This document shows positions 46,629 through 62,434 of a stretch of 64,000 nucleotides of DNA, piece after piece. Under the pieces are notes generated by a model. The model did no database searches and was not told the origin of the DNA. It saw nothing but the letters and a program-made list of their open reading frames with translations. The translations under genes and the position numbers were made by a program. Location of the stretch: NCBI RefSeq assembly GCF_009914755.1, contig NC_060927.1; one strand, written 5' to 3'. This DNA is from the human T2T-CHM13v2.0 reference genome, Homo sapiens. Position 1 is the first letter of the stretch. Each line of letters starts with the position of its first letter.

Positions 46629-46940
46629 TCGGTCGTCTAACAAGGGCATATTTCAGACAGCTTAGGAAGCTCCTTCCCTTCTCCTTGTCCTGCTTCACTA
46701 AGGGTCCAGGCCTGGCTGAGACCAAATGGCTGTTTGCAAAATGTCCTGGGGGTAGTCTCTGCAGCAATGACTGAGGAGGCTTAGGAGGAAAGGTTAGACT
46801 AGAGGGACAGCAAGCAGGGCAGCACTGTGCCCCCTTGTGTCAGCCAAGCCAGCCGTCAAAGCCCTTCCAGAATGATGCTTCCCAGGACCCAGCTTCCACC
46901 CTCTTCAGAGAGCCTTGTCTCTTTGAAGTGTGGAAAATCA

Positions 46941-47359
<419 letters not shown>

Positions 47360-48120
47360 GAGTGAGGAATGACCGGTCTGAGGAGCTTGACCTGGTAGCA
47401 AAGCCTTCTGTGGTGGGAGGTGCAATTCCAAGTTCAGCAGGAGGCTGTCACAAATGTCTTCCCAGCCCAGCTCCATTGACTTCTATCTGGGTCCTAGAAC
47501 AGAAAAGGCCTCCAGTTAAATCCTGGAAGAGTTGCTTTAATAAAATCTCTGTTCCAAGTTCTTTTCATGAGTTATCTCATTTAGTTTCACGACAGCTCAA
47601 TAAGGCACTTATTAAATTACCATGTACCTTTTTAAGAAGTAAATGAGGGACAGAATTGCTAAGTAATTTACCCAAGGACACGTAGTTTTTAAATTGGCAG
47701 GGACACCACACCGCAGCTCAGCTCAAGGTGAAGTAGTCACCGCCAAGAAATCTAGCAGGATCATGGGAGCTCCAGACCAGAAACTGCCATGTTTTTTAGG
47801 CAGCACCTGCTGGTGTTCAAACTTCAACCTGATTGGTCTATCCAAGGTCACATGATGCACCACCTACCCAATTGCTGTGTCCAGGGGGATGCAAAAAGCC
47901 AATGGGCTTAACCCTATGTCACATGCCCATCCCTGAAGCAGAGGTTGGAGTCCCACCCGAACCACACTGGGCAGACAAGAATTTCTGCAAACAAAAATCC
48001 AGGGCTGTTGCCAAAGGAAAAGGAAATCGTTTCTGGAGCAAATATCTTGCAACCACTATAGTCACCTAAGGGAAACATGATTTATTCCATCTACAACAGG
48101 ACATGGAGCACAAAGAGAAT

Positions 48121-48580
48121 TGTGTCAAGATCCCACCAGGATACAGCAGGCACACTCGAAGTGGGTAATTTGAAGAGTGCTTAATAATAAAGGGATCATT
48201 TACAAAGGGGCGGGCAGAGTGTAGTGAAACCACAGGGATGGGGCCGAGTCCAGGACCAGTCACCTTCCACAAGTCACCAGAACCTGTAGAGGGAGTCAGC
48301 TGTGGGAAGACAGTGGCCTGACAGGAGCCTGACCATGGTCCAGGGAGGCAGCCAGCCTGTGGGGACACCGTGGGGAAGGAACTGGGGGAATAAATCTTGG
48401 ATCCCTCTCTGTTTCCCCAACCTGGCTTCCTGCATATGTCTCATTGACTGAAGCCAGCCAGAAACCAGAGGGGGAGGATGCCTGTTGATGCAAACCATAC
48501 AAGTCAGCCTCCCAGGGTGCAAAGCATGGGGCGTGGATCCAGAGAGGCAATGAAGGCACCCAGCACATCTTACTACTCCC
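48121..48580. mobile_element. ERVL solo LTR (LTR33-like)
   Basis: gtcaagatcccaccaggatacagcaggcacactcgaagtgggtaatttgaagag...aataaagggatcatttacaaagg. Confidence 0.6.
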
Positions 48581-49265
48581 TGAAAGCAGAGCCTGAGACA
48601 GGGACTTGGGCATAGCAGTGTGTGGGGGAGGAGATTTAGAGGAACCAGTCGTGTGTGAGAGAGTGAGACAAAGAGGGAGGAAGAGTTGCTGCTCTCCCCA
48701 TAGAGAAATACTCCCAAGATGGTTCGTTTGAAGGACAGGCCTCATCCCTGTTGGTTGAGGATTGCCCCAGGGGCATCCTGATGGTATTTATTTATGTGCA
48801 GAGAAGGCTCCCATAGTCAGAGAAAGGAGAATGTCCTGGTGCAGAAGGTAAGGAGATGTGCTGCATTTACCTGTGAGGGGCTTTGATTATGCAAGTGAGT
48901 CTCAGCTTGCACCAAACCATTCACCATCTCAGCTGTGGCTGAAATCAGAAGTGAGCTGAGGGATGGGACACGGGGTACCAAAAGCATAGGCATCTGCAAA
49001 ATAGGTCTCATGTAGAGTCTTAACGGTCTGCATTCTAGACCAACATCCCAGGAGGCCCTAAAAATGCTGGGCAGCAAAGCACAATTGCAGAAAATTTCCA
49101 TGCAGGATAAAATATCATGTGTTGGCACCAGAGGATGTGAGCAAGTCAGAGTCCCTCAGAAGAGGGAAGGAACAGTTAATCAGACTGATACATCATTTTA
49201 TACTTCTAGTGCATCAGTTATTCTACTGCTGCATAACAAATTTCCAAGATGGCTCACTCACAGGG

Positions 49266-49641
49266 TATTATGGACTGAACGTTTCCCCTCCAGATTTGTA
49301 TGTTGAAGTCCTAATTCCCAATGTAGTTGTATTTGGGGCCTTTGGGAAGGTAATTAAGGTTTGATGAGGTCATAAAGATGGTTATAATCCAGTAAGACTG
49401 GTGTCTTTTTAAAAAGAGGAAGAGGCACCAGGAGCATGCACACACAGGGAAGAAGGACCTGTGAGGACACAGCGAGAAGACAGCTGTCTGCAAGCCCAGG
49501 AGAGAGCCCTCCCCAGAGACCAGCCCTGCTGCCACCTTGATCTTGGCCTTCCAGCTTCCAGAACTGTGAGAAAATTAATTTCGGTTTTTGAAGGTCCCCA
49601 GGCTGTGGCATTTTGCTATGGCAGCCGTAGCAGCCAAGTAC
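49266..49641 (+). mobile_element. MLT1A-type MaLR solo LTR nested in an older MLT1 LTR (~49210-49900)
   Basis: tattatggactgaac...gtatgttgaagtcctaa...ccaccttgatcttggccttccagcttccagaactgtgagaaa...ttgctatggcagcc. Confidence 0.8.
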
Positions 49642-51604
49642 ATGTGGTTGTTGGCGGGAGGCCTCAGTTCCTCACCACGTAGACCTCCCTGCTGCATCTT
49701 CACAACATGGCAGCTGGCTTCCCCGAGTGAGGAATCTAAAAGAGCAAGGTGAATCCACAGTGCCTCTTATGGCCTAGCCTTGGAAGTTATATTCCATTAT
49801 TTTCACAAGATCCTATAGGTCACACAGGCCAGCCCTATTCACTGCAACAAGGGAGCAAGAGCATGAATGCCAGGAGGCTGGGCATCCTCCTGGAGTGTGA
49901 GCATAGAGCTGGCTTGTACAGGCACTCAGTATTTAGTGACTGTTGACTGTGCCCCAGCACCATGCAAGCCCTGCACCACAGCCCCTTTCCCCAAGAGCTT
50001 ATATTATTTTGGGAAAGTTAATGTACAGTTTGAATAAGGAGAGGCCAGACACGCTAGTGTTCAAGAGAACCATAAATTGAAAAGGCTCAAGTGGCTAAAA
50101 GTGGCCTTGGAGAAGCTCCAGATAAGTTAGTGGTGGACAGAGAGCCAGCTGTGCCCATATTCAGACCCTGCAAGGGGAAGGTCCTTAGTGCTTGGAGGGT
50201 GGGGGTAGGAAGCTGTAGGCCTCTCTGCAACTCGCCCAGAGCCTCCAGTGGTGGCCGAGTGACATTGAGCTGATCCTGCCCCACTGTTTTCTGCCTAATG
50301 GCTGACACCACCTTAGATTGTTGTTCCAGTTGGGAACAAGCCTGGAGACCTTGAGAGCAGGAAAGGCCCCCAGAGGCCATCAGATCTCATGTTTGATGTG
50401 AAAAAACTGAAGCCCAGAGAGAAAAGGGGATTGTCCAAGGTCATCAGGAAGCAAACATGTACTCAGCACCCTCTTTGGGCCACATCGTGGGCCTGGCTCT
50501 TCACACTCATCATGTCATTTAATCTCTACATCAACCCTGAACTGTAGGAATGGTATACCCTGTTTTACAGATGAGGAAATTAAGGCTCAGCGAAGAGAAG
50601 TGAGCTGTCCGCAGTCACAGAGTGAAAAAGTGATGGAACCTAGATTGGAGCACAGATCTCTCTGGGGTAGAAGGTGGACAAATGGAAGAGATGGCAGGAT
50701 CGAACATCTACGCCCCTACCAATGGTGGCCTCTGGGAACTGTTTCTGCCTCCAGCCCTCTCTAGCCCTGGCAGGAGCTCCCTGAATGGTGCCAGGGACAC
50801 ATGGCCATATTTAGCAATCCCCAAGAACAGCAGGCCCGCTCTGGGACAGAGCACACAGAGGTGACCCCACTGAGCTCTTGGCTGCCTCCATGTTCCCCAT
50901 TGCAAGAAGAGTTGCCGCCATGTGAAGCAACTATTGCCACAGGCATGGAGCCTCAGCATCTCAGGATAAGGCCATGGGGACTCAGGGGACCTGAGCTCTG
51001 GCGCAAAGGCTCATATGATCAGGACCAGCGTTGTGCAACGGTTTGGGTCAAGGGTTTGCCAGTCAGAGGCTCTGATAAACAATGCTGGCCTCCTTAGATA
51101 CAAACACAACAAGTTTTTGTTGGGTGTGTCCATAGAGTGGCAGCCCCGAGACAGGACATTGAAATAGACATTATTTCATATGGTCACAACACCCCTTATA
51201 GATGAGGAAACTGAGGCCAGAGAGGGGACATGACACACCCAAGGTCACAAAGTTATTAAGTGCCCAGGTTGAAATTCAAACCCAGGGCTACCCTCCACCA
51301 CAGTCTGCCACCTTACTTTAAGGAGAACGCTCCCTGCTCCCAGGATGCATGGTTGGGTCGGCAGCCATTTCCTTGTGTTTACATTAGGATCCCTATTGAA
51401 GGGCTGTCCGGATTGGCAGTGTTGCCCAGGGGTTAAATGTGGGGCATTAAGTGACTAGCAGACCTGCATTCAAATCCTGATCTGCAACTTGCAAGCTGTG
51501 GGGCTTCAGGCAAGTCTGTGGACCTGTGTGCTGTCAGTCTTATACCTAGCATAAGGATGAGAATCTCTGTGTTGTGGATCACTGTGAGAATTCAGTGAGC
51601 TAAA

Positions 51605-51725
51605 ACCAGGCACAGTGGCATGCACCTGTAGTCCCAGCTACCCGGGAGGCTGAGGCGGGGGATGGCTTCAGGCTAGGAGTTTGAGACCAGCCTGGGCAAC
51701 ACAGTGAGACCCCATCTAAAAACAA
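51605..51725 (+). mobile_element. Alu monomer (FLAM_A-like)
   Basis: Single ~120-bp arm. Confidence 0.8.
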
Positions 51726-51794
51726 AGATAGAATTCAACAATTCTAGGGCCTGTTGGAAGCAATTGGTAAATACTCATTGACCTGGTGAGGTTT

Positions 51795-51920
51795 TTTAAG
51801 ATTTTAATTTATTTTATTTGTTTTTAATTGACAAATAAGATGGTATGTATTTATTGTGTACAACATGATCTTTTGAAATATATATACGTTGTGGAGTGGC
51901 TAAATCAAGCTAATTAATGC
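51795..51920 (-). mobile_element. L1MA-type 3' end
   Basis: ttttaattgacaaataagatggtatgtatttattgtgtacaacatgat...ggctaaatcaagctaattaa. Confidence 0.75.
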
Positions 51921-54900
51921 ACTGATGGTTTTTTTTTATCAATTTAGGCTGCTATCCTGAAAGGTGCTCCATATCTAAGTTTCACATGAGCCTGGGAACC
52001 CCTATGGGTACAGTCACCATCTTAAGAATCCTTGCATCTGCTTGACCCAGAACCTGGCAGACTCCAGCAGATGGTTCAAGGTCCAGCAACACCCTGGACA
52101 GATCCCTGCGTTGCCATTGATCAGATTGGAGAAGAATATAGTTCCATGACCAAGAGCAAGACAGGTCTGGAAGGGAGTCCCACCTCTGCCACTTTCTAGC
52201 TGTGTGGCCTTGGACAAAGTGCCTGGCCTCTTTCACCCCAAGTATTCTTTTCTGTAAATAGGAATGATGACCCCTGCTCCCAGAGTTGTTCTGAGAATGA
52301 AATGCTGTTCAGGCTCTGAGCACAAAATTACTCATTCATATTGCTCATCATCGTGACCATTGTGTAAAGATTCTGTTTCATATCTGCCTCTCCCCTCTGG
52401 CTTCGAAGGCCAGGAGGTTTCAGGAGACCCAGGGGAGAAGGACACAGGAGCAGGACCCCTACTGAGCTTCCGTGATATGCCAGTCCATCTCCACACTAGG
52501 GGCTTTGCCTATGTGATTATCCCATTTAACCCTGGTGACAGCCCCCTGCAGGGGAAGTTGTAGTCTCATCATTGTTACAGAGAAATGAACTGAAGCTCAG
52601 AGAGATTAAGTAACTCGCCAAAGCCTTGCCAGCTGTGAAGAGGTGGAACTGGGCCTCTTACCCAGGTCTGTGTGAAGAAGCCTGTGCCCCTTCCACCAGC
52701 TCCACCACAATCATCCCTGCATCCCAGAGCCTAGCATAGTTGGGACCCAGTAAATGCCTGTTGAATGAATAATTGTAACCAAGGTTCATGTTGAATGATG
52801 CACGAGAGGCTCCCCCCCATCCAGTTATGGGGTTCAGGGCTGTCTGCCTCACAAGGGTAGATACGGGCACTTTCACAAAAGTTTGATGCAAATGCTCACA
52901 CTGAGAGGAAAAAGATTTTGATGAACAGGCTTTGAAATCTGGTCCCACCCTCCCTACCCAGCCGAACTTATTGCACACTGCAGGCACCTGTGCAGATGGT
53001 CCTCAACTCAACCCAGGCTCACTGTCACCTGCGAGACTCTACTTAGACCAGCTACCCACCCCAATGTCCTTCCTTCTTCTGTGTCCAGGAGGGGCTATGA
53101 GGGTAGGGAGGGAGCCATTCCTTACTCGCCCTTTCAAAAATGTTCCATTTATTTTTTTCTTTTCCATGTAATTCATCTTATTATAGAAAAAAACTATAGT
53201 CAAATAGAGAATGAAATTCTCTGTTAGTTTCAAGTGAATTCATTTCAGATATTCATTTCAAAATGAAAATAAGAAGTCAAGAACCCACTGCAAGCTGGCG
53301 ACCGAGAGACAAGTGCCGTTAACATCTCTCAAGCTTTTTGTCCAAGTGCATACAGGCATTTACATAATTTGTAACCGAAATGCTGTTTGGAAACCTGCTT
53401 CATCCTCTTAAAAATTTTTGTGACAAAAATTATTCCTGTCCATTATATACAAAGTACAGACTTTGGACAACACAGACACAAATGCCACTACTAATATTTG
53501 GTGGTGATTTGTTTTTCAATCGACGTCTCTATGCCTTTATAACAGGGTACAAAATTGTTCCACTGAACAGTTGAAGATAAATGTATTTTTCTTCTAGATC
53601 AGTTAAGTCAGTTTTCAGAGTGGGGGCAATCTGCAAAGGTGCTGGAGGGGGTCTGCGGTGTTCCTTCTCTCATGGCTACGTCTGCAGTGCTTCCTGGGTG
53701 TTCTGTCCCTGAAGGTCAAGCCAGAGAGGGAGGAGGCCCTGACCGAGGTCCCCAGGCCATGGGCCTCCAAGCCGGCAGGTTCATCGGCGGCTCAGCTCCA
53801 GACCGCCTCCCAGGCCTCCACCAGTCTCCATGGACACAGCCCCCTGATTTCTATTCTGTCTAGCCCTTGAGCCCCTCTTCCTCCAGAATAGTCAGCTCCA
53901 CCACCTCTGGGAGCACAGGATTTCAGGGGTATGACATTCTCTGGAGGAAAGTTGATTTTTCTTGGGCCTTGGCCTCTTTCTTGGGTCTCTCGTATGTTCA
54001 CAAGAACAAGGCAGAAATTAATAGGCCAACGAATTATCCTGCCAAGAGCATACACCTACCCTAAACAAAAAGGCAATTGCAGCTTTTGTCACTGTTTTCT
54101 ATTCCCCTTCTCAATATTTTCTGTCCTACTTCATTTAAGCTCTTCTCTTCGTCTTTCTTGGTTCACTTCCACGGTCATTCTGGCCTTCTATGGCCTCGCC
54201 CTCTTTTGAACTCTTAGGACCTTAGGTTTTCTGGAAGGGAGTAACTGGAGCCACTGGTGCCTGAGCTGGGATCAGGTGGCCTTTGGGCACGTGCCTTGAG
54301 CAAGGTGGGCTCAGGGCCTGCATCTGCCTTTGTGGTATCCAGGACAAAGCAGCTGGAGGCTTGGCAGGAATGCATCTCGACTGAGAGTCATGGAGTTGGA
54401 CAGTGGACATCAGCCCCCCAAACCTTATCTCCAGCAGCACAACACGGAGGTTCCCCTTCTGTGGCTGCAGTGACTGGAAGCCCAAGACTGACAGCCATTT
54501 TTCTGGTTAGTGGCAGCAACACCTGTGCATGGTGGCCTGAGCCCAGGCAATACAGAGGTGGTGGGTCTCAGAGTATCTGGTCTTGGATTAAAGGCCACAG
54601 CCCCATGGCCCACCTTTAATCAAAGGTGAGGCAGGAGCACTGAGAAGGCCACTCTGTTTGGCCCACCGTCCACCTTCAGCTTCACCCACTTCATCTGGTT
54701 TCACTGGAACATCATTCAAGCTATCCCAATAGCCCAGGAGGACCCAGAGGGAGGGGCTGCACCTGTCACTGTTTTTGTTTGTGCTCATTGCATATTTATT
54801 CACGTTCATGATAAAATAAGTGGTTCCCTGCATTGGCAAGCAAAGCACCCAGACTATCAGTGACTTTTTCACTGCCAGCGCCGTCACTGTGAACTCTGAG

Positions 54901-55171
54901 GGTGGCTGTAGAGCAGCCTCCAGGCTATTGAACGAGTTTTCCTGACCATCCTGTGGTTCTTCTGTGTCTTTCTTTGCTGGAGATTGCCCCTCTCCTTGGT
55001 GTTGGGTTTTAGCAGTACTGCCCATTCCCCAAATTATCATCTGCTCTCTGGTGACTGAGTAATCACCGCATTAACACAAGACATTTATTTATTTCTAAAT
55101 TCAGCAAGTGCCTAACACATAGTAGGTGTTCAATTCATCATGTTTGCTCTTTCATTCAGTCATGGAGCCTA

Positions 55172-55770
<599 letters not shown>

Positions 55771-57534
55771 TTTAAAAAGGAAGGGGCCTAAAGAACACTC
55801 TTATTTTTCCTGTTGACTCCAAGTGTAACAGCCATCAGATCAGTCTTCCTAAAGAGCCCTCTGGTTGTGTCATTCCCTTGCTCAAACACCTTCAGTGGCT
55901 CCCTATGACCTACATGATAAAGTTAAAATGGCCCATCATTCAAGACCCTCACAATCTGACATCAGCCAGCCTTTCCAGCCTCTGCCCTTCCTACCCATGA
56001 GTTCCAGCTACACAGGGCCACAAAGCCTTGTTGAGCTGTCAACAGTGAATTCACCCTTCAATGCCAGATGCTCCCTGACTCCCTCCTTAGTTCTCCCATA
56101 GTCCTGTGATTCTGATCCTCATCACAGTCAAACTTAGATTATTGTAGGACTTTGTCCAACCACACCATAGCCTGGGAAGCTCTTGGAATTAGGGGTGTTA
56201 TTTTACCTCTTGTAATCTCGATCCCCTGTAGTCAGGAGGAGCTTGGTAAGTAGCTACTCATCGAGCAGGCTCTCTAATCATTAGCACAGCCTAGCAAACT
56301 AGACAGTCCTTCAGAGTCATATTTACTTCATTGCAAACGCAGAGCTCTTTATAACGTGTCTAAATTATGTCCAATGTATGTGTGCTTAAAAAAAAAGTCA
56401 CTCTGCTTCCTGGGAGCCACATTACCTAGACCTGATCCCACCTCTGGTCTCTTGTTTCTGATCTCTTGGTCTACCTCAGACTGTTACGTTTTTGGAACTC
56501 CTTACTTGGGCATATCACCCCCTTTCTCTGACCTTTAATTTCCTCTAATGTCAAGCAGGCATGATGGGCAGGTCTGACGAAGATAACACATACACAGCAG
56601 GTAACATTGGGCTAAGTCCTCTGCCTTCTTCCTGGGTGCGCTGCCCATCTCCATCAAGCTCAACTGCTTCACTGATGGCAGAGAGACGCTGCTGGGGAGG
56701 GCAGAAGGGTGGGGCCCTATCATTCTTGGGGATCCAGAAGCATAAAACCAGCTTCCATCCCATCAGGCGCCTCTGGGCCGGGGCGGGAAGGGAGCCAGGC
56801 TCCCCTGAGGCTGATGAAATGCGTCTGTTGGGGACCTGTTGGGAAATCCTGAAACTGGGAGGAAGGAACAGCCCTGCGGGGTCGGAGGCTACTTGAGCAA
56901 GTCCCCAGCAGTTGCTCCATTCGCCACACGGGGTGATGATGCCCAGGGTGGGGTATTTCACCAGGTTCTTAGAAAGCTGCCTCTGTACACCCATGTCTAC
57001 TCAGGGCTTTGTTTAATCACTGTCTTTTCCACTTCCAGATTTCTGAGGACAAATAGGGAGAGGGTGATGTGGTGAAATGATCATTATTAGCCAACTTGCC
57101 CTGAATGCTTACTGCGTGCCACGCACTGTGCTACGTATGCATCTTACACCTGTGATCTCACACAATCCACACAGCAACCCCCGGGGCAGAGACTAAGCTT
57201 CCCACACTTGCCGATGAAGAAACTGAGGCCCAGACAGGTTAAACATTTTGCCCACAGCCACACAGCTTATAAATGGTAAAGCCGTGATTGGAACCCCCAC
57301 TGTGTGATTTGAGGACTCTTAACTCCACCTCAGAACTGCTTCCCATGAGTGGGAGGAAACTGGGCTTTGAAATCAGGTTGCTCTGGGGTGAATCTCAGCA
57401 ACGCTATGGACCCACCGCTGTCCTCAGCAGGCCCCTTCTCCTCTCTGGCCCTCAGTTTCCCCATCTGTAGAAGAAGTGGTTTAGAATCGGTCACTGGTTC
57501 TCAAATTCTGTTCTTTTTTAAAAACTAGAATGTA

Positions 57535-57829
57535 GGCCAGGTGCAGTGGCTCATGCCTGTAATCCCAGCAGTTTGGGAGGCTGAGGTGGGTGGATCACTT
57601 GAGGCCAGGAGTTCAAGACCAGCTTAGGCAACATAGTGAGACCCTCGTCTCCACAAAATAGAAAAAAAATTAGCCGGTGTGGTGGTGCATGCCTGTAGTC
57701 CCAGCTATTCAGGAGGCTGAAGTGGGAGGATTACTTCAGCCTGGGAAGTCAAGGCTGCAATGAGACGTGATTGTGCCACTGCACTCTAGCCTAGGAGACA
57801 GAGTGAGACCCTGTATCAAATACATAACT
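57535..57829 (+). mobile_element. Alu (J-like) with TSD aaaaactagaatg
   Basis: Full dimer. Confidence 0.94.
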
Positions 57830-57849
57830 AAAAACTAGAATGCTTCAAG

Positions 57850-58033
57850 CAAAGAGTGACTGCAGACGGGCATGAGAGAACTTTGTAGGGTGCTGGAAAT
57901 GTTCTGAAACTGAATTGTGGTGATGGTTGCACAACTCCATATATTTTCTAAAAAAATCCTTGAGTTGTACACTTACAATGGGTGAATTTTATGGTATGTA
58001 AATTATACCTCAATAAAGCTGTAAAAAAAAAAC
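57850..58033 (+). mobile_element. L1MB/L1ME-type 3' end with poly-A
   Basis: gtggtgatggttgcacaact...gtgaattttatggtatgtaaattatacctcaataaagctgtaaaaaaa. Confidence 0.85.
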
Positions 58034-58519
58034 AATGTTTTATGAAACATCAATATTCAACCCTCAGGACCCACCAGCAGGATTGTTTGAAAACCAGCAG
58101 GCCATGTGGGTTCTGGGCGGCCTTCAGACTCTGACCCTCTGGGATTCTGAGTTTATTTTTAGCACCAACTTGGTGCAAATTGCTAAGGATCTCATGTGGG
58201 CAGGGATTCTGTCCTCTACACTGTCAGCCCAGTTCCGGCAGAGCCTCTGGTTCATAATGGGTGCACACTGAGCATTTGGTGAATGAGTGAATGAAGGGCT
58301 GAAGGAAGAAGTGCCACGTTTTTTATAAGGGTAGACTTGGGCTTCTTGGAGCAGGGACTATGGTTCATTTCGGCACTCCCAACTTCCAGCACATAACCGG
58401 CACAGAGTAGGTTATTTGGAACGGTTTGTTGATCAATGAATGAGAAAATGAATAAATGGCTCAGTCCCTGCCCTTGATACAAGTTGAAAAGGAAGCTATC
58501 TATGCATTTATGTATGTAC

Positions 58520-58970
58520 ACTGTGTATGACTTAGGATGCTCTGGTTGCAAGCAACAGACACCAACTGTAACTGCAAGGCAAACAATTTATTCAGAAGGT
58601 ACGAGGGAAGGGGCTCGCCAGTCATACTGTGGTAAGGGAGAGTCAAAAGCAGCTCCCAGGATGGGAGCTGCAGACCCAGCTCATTTCTTTAGGAAACCTC
58701 CATGGGATGATGTGGCTCTAACTGTGTTGGGTACTTGTGTTATTCCCTTCAAGATTCAGGTTCCAGGAGAAGGGCTTCTGATTGGCTTGGCTTGGGTCAG
58801 ATGCCCTCCCTTGGCCAAAAATCATTGGGCGCTCCTATTAACAGTCTTAGAAAGACTGCATCTCATGAAGGGAGTGTTGCGGGGGGTCTCAAAACCAAAA
58901 CTGGGCTCTGATTTTAGAAGAAGGGAAGATAAATGCTGGGCAAATCAAAACAATCAATGTCCTCTACCCG
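58520..58970. mobile_element. Old MaLR LTR (MLT1-type)
   Basis: ttaggatgctctggttgcaagcaacagacacc start; ctgattggcttggcttgggtcagatgcc motif. Confidence 0.6.
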
Positions 58971-59428
58971 CTGGAAAGTTCCATACCAGTGAAAGATGTA
59001 AATGAGAGTCAAAAGAAATAACAAAAAGAGATGCCACAAAGCCAGGTAAGGTCAGAGCCAGGAGTGCGGGGCCAGCCCTGAGTATGACACACAGGCGGGG
59101 GCAGGGGGCAGAGAAGAAAGTGAGCAGTGGGCTTGGAAGCCACAGAGAACGGGAGTGACAAAGTTTCTTCTTTTTTTCTTGCTTCTTTTAAAACTCTCAG
59201 CCAAGCTACTGACTAATACTGATAGCCATCTCTTAATGCCAGGGTGATTTCCTTTTTGTTTGGGAAACTTCAGGAGCCTAGTAGCTTTGATTAAATGGTC
59301 CCCAAAAAGGACTGTTCTGGGTGAGGTATGTGGATGGCTCTACAGACCTAATGGCATTTAATGGCATTTGTCGTGTAGCATTTGCCTGTATATACCAGCC
59401 TCAGTCCTTATTTAAGAGAAAATGAGAA

Positions 59429-59760
<332 letters not shown>

Positions 59761-61012
59761 TCATCACAGCTGGTCTATGAGGTGAGTATTTTGAGCCCAT
59801 TTGGCCGTTGAAGCAACTGAGACTGCCCAAGAGACTTGCCCAGTAATAAATGGCAAAGTCAGAATTTGAGCCCAGGACCAGCTGGCTCCAAACACCTTGT
59901 CTTCCTGTTACCTCCGGCCTGGGTGTTTCAGCTTAGACAAGTCATGTAACCTCTGGATTTCTCCATCTGCAAGTCAAGGGGCTGAAAGGGGCCTCTCCTG
60001 ACCTTCCTGAATAGAAGCTTCCAAGATGGCCCCAGGGGCCATGGGTGCACACAGCTGGTGTGGCATGGGGCCCACGATGAGTCCTTCCCAGCTGGAGAGG
60101 ACTGATTTAAGTGGCTTCAACAGGAGGAGAGCCAGCAGCCCAGCACAGGCTGGAGGCAAGGCCTGAGCAGGGAGTCACCCCTCCTCTCCCTGCCACCACC
60201 GGGGCTGGAGACAACCTGTGTCTGGCCTCCTGAGGTCCCTGCTCCCCACCCCCAGGGGTGTCCTGCACACCAGGGCACAGCAAACTCCACAGATTAGGAG
60301 TACGTGCTCAGACACACACAGACTTTGCAAACAATGCAGGGAAATAAAGTTCTCACAGGAAACATTATCATATTGACTCACGACAGACCCATCCATAAAA
60401 CAAACCCCCGGTACCTGGGGCCGGCTCAGAGAGCAGCCGCCAGGGAGATAGCAGTACCAGCACGGCCCCTCTCTCCTGGGCCTGGGAGGAAGTGGGTGCC
60501 GCCAGGGGGAGGGGCAACTTCCCTTGGCTGCTCTGATGCTGGCCTAGGATCTGAATTATTTGTCAAAAAGAGAAAAAAATGATTTTTTTTAAAAGAGAAG
60601 TCCCAGAGCATTGTGGTCTCTTTGCCTTGTCACAATAGTTCTGTTGCAAAAACCTCTCTTAATGCCATAGTGTTTTGCAAGTCATTTGCCATGTCAGTGA
60701 GGAAAATATTGCCATCTCCAGAGGCCTGTGTCTTCATCAGCTCTTACTTAGCAAAGCAGGCTCGACTGCTGCCAGTGGACAAAGAAATTTTGATCCAAGT
60801 CTGTTTTCAGATTTGGGAGGCAAACTGGTGCATCTGCAGGCATCAGATAGTCAGGCCTTTTACGGCATGTAATCTTACTTAGAGCCTCAGTTTCCTCACT
60901 TCCAAAATGGGAGTAGTCATAAGAACTGACGTAAGAAAATGTATGTATAGCATGTGTCACAGTGTTCATTTTTCTGACCCTTCGTGAGAAGCAACCTGGA
61001 ATGATGATTTGA

Positions 61013-61338
<326 letters not shown>

Positions 61339-62294
61339 AGATCCACCATTTCTTAATCCTGAGAGCTTGGGCAAGCCTGGGCACCTCTCTGTACCTCAAT
61401 TTCCTCCTCTGAAAAAGCAAGGGGTCTAACCAGCTCTAGGCTGCCCACCTCCCGAAGCATTTTGTGGCTATAAGGGGAACTGGGTTGTCAACCGGACTTA
61501 GGACACTGAGTTGTGAGAGATTTGTGAATCAAGGAGGTGGTGCCTGGATTACTGTGGCCACTGCAATCTCAGCTGAGCACTGGCCATTTTCCCATCCTGG
61601 AATCAGAGTGATATGTGGTATCCTGGAATCTGCCCTGAAAGGGGAGTAAGGTCAATGTCTACTTTCTGCTTGCTGGGGATTGAGCTGAGTGGCACTGGGA
61701 AGAGGTCATCAGTGGTGCAACAGGTGGATTCTAGCTTCCTTTGGAAGTGCTGCCAGCCAACTTCCAATCCCAGGTCCCTGGCACAGTGCTGGCACATCAC
61801 AGGTCCATGGGCCATGCCTGGCACTGACTAAGGGCCTCACATAATTGTACCCAGCTTTTCTGTCTCTATCCATTCTGCTTGTGGTGGCCAAGATATTTTC
61901 TCAAGAACATACTCTGATCAGGTCACTCCCCTGCTCCAAATGCTTCAATGGGTTGGGCCCAAACTCCTTAGCTTGGCCCTTAAGGTTCCTTGGGGTTTGG
62001 CCTCTACTGAGTTCACCAAGTTTCCTCCCACTATTTCTGTCTTCCACACCATGCTCCAGATCATTCAAGGACCCACATCTTCCTGTACCTGCCATGGTTT
62101 TACATTTTGGTGCCTCACACATGCTCTTCTGACTTGTAGATTGTTCCTTCTGTTGTCTTCCAGTGTACTTCTATTCATCCTTCAAGGCCCAACTCAAATG
62201 TCCCTTTTTCTGTAAAGAAAACCCTAAACCATCCTCCAAAGGGTTGCTTTCTCCTATGGGCTTCATAGTGCCCTGTCTACCTCTCTGTCATAAC

Positions 62295-62434
62295 AGCTAA
62301 CTTTTTGTATTTGTAGTAGAGATGGAGTTTTATCATGTTACCCAGGCTGGTCTCAAATTCCTGGGTTCAAGTGATCCACCTGCCTTGGCATCCCAAAGTG
62401 TTGGGATTACAGGCGTGAGCCACGGGGCCCGGCC
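62295..62434 (-). mobile_element. Alu left-arm fragment
   Basis: Reverse left monomer. Confidence 0.85.

Noticed and set aside
45964-46774. Four long ORFs (206-267 aa) rich in E/K/R/G or F/L/P/S
   Set aside because: Artefacts of the polypurine repeat, which cannot contain stop codons; no gene structure.
58484-59005. 173-aa ORF
   Set aside because: Non-ATG start, lies in an old MaLR LTR, and has no recognisable domain.
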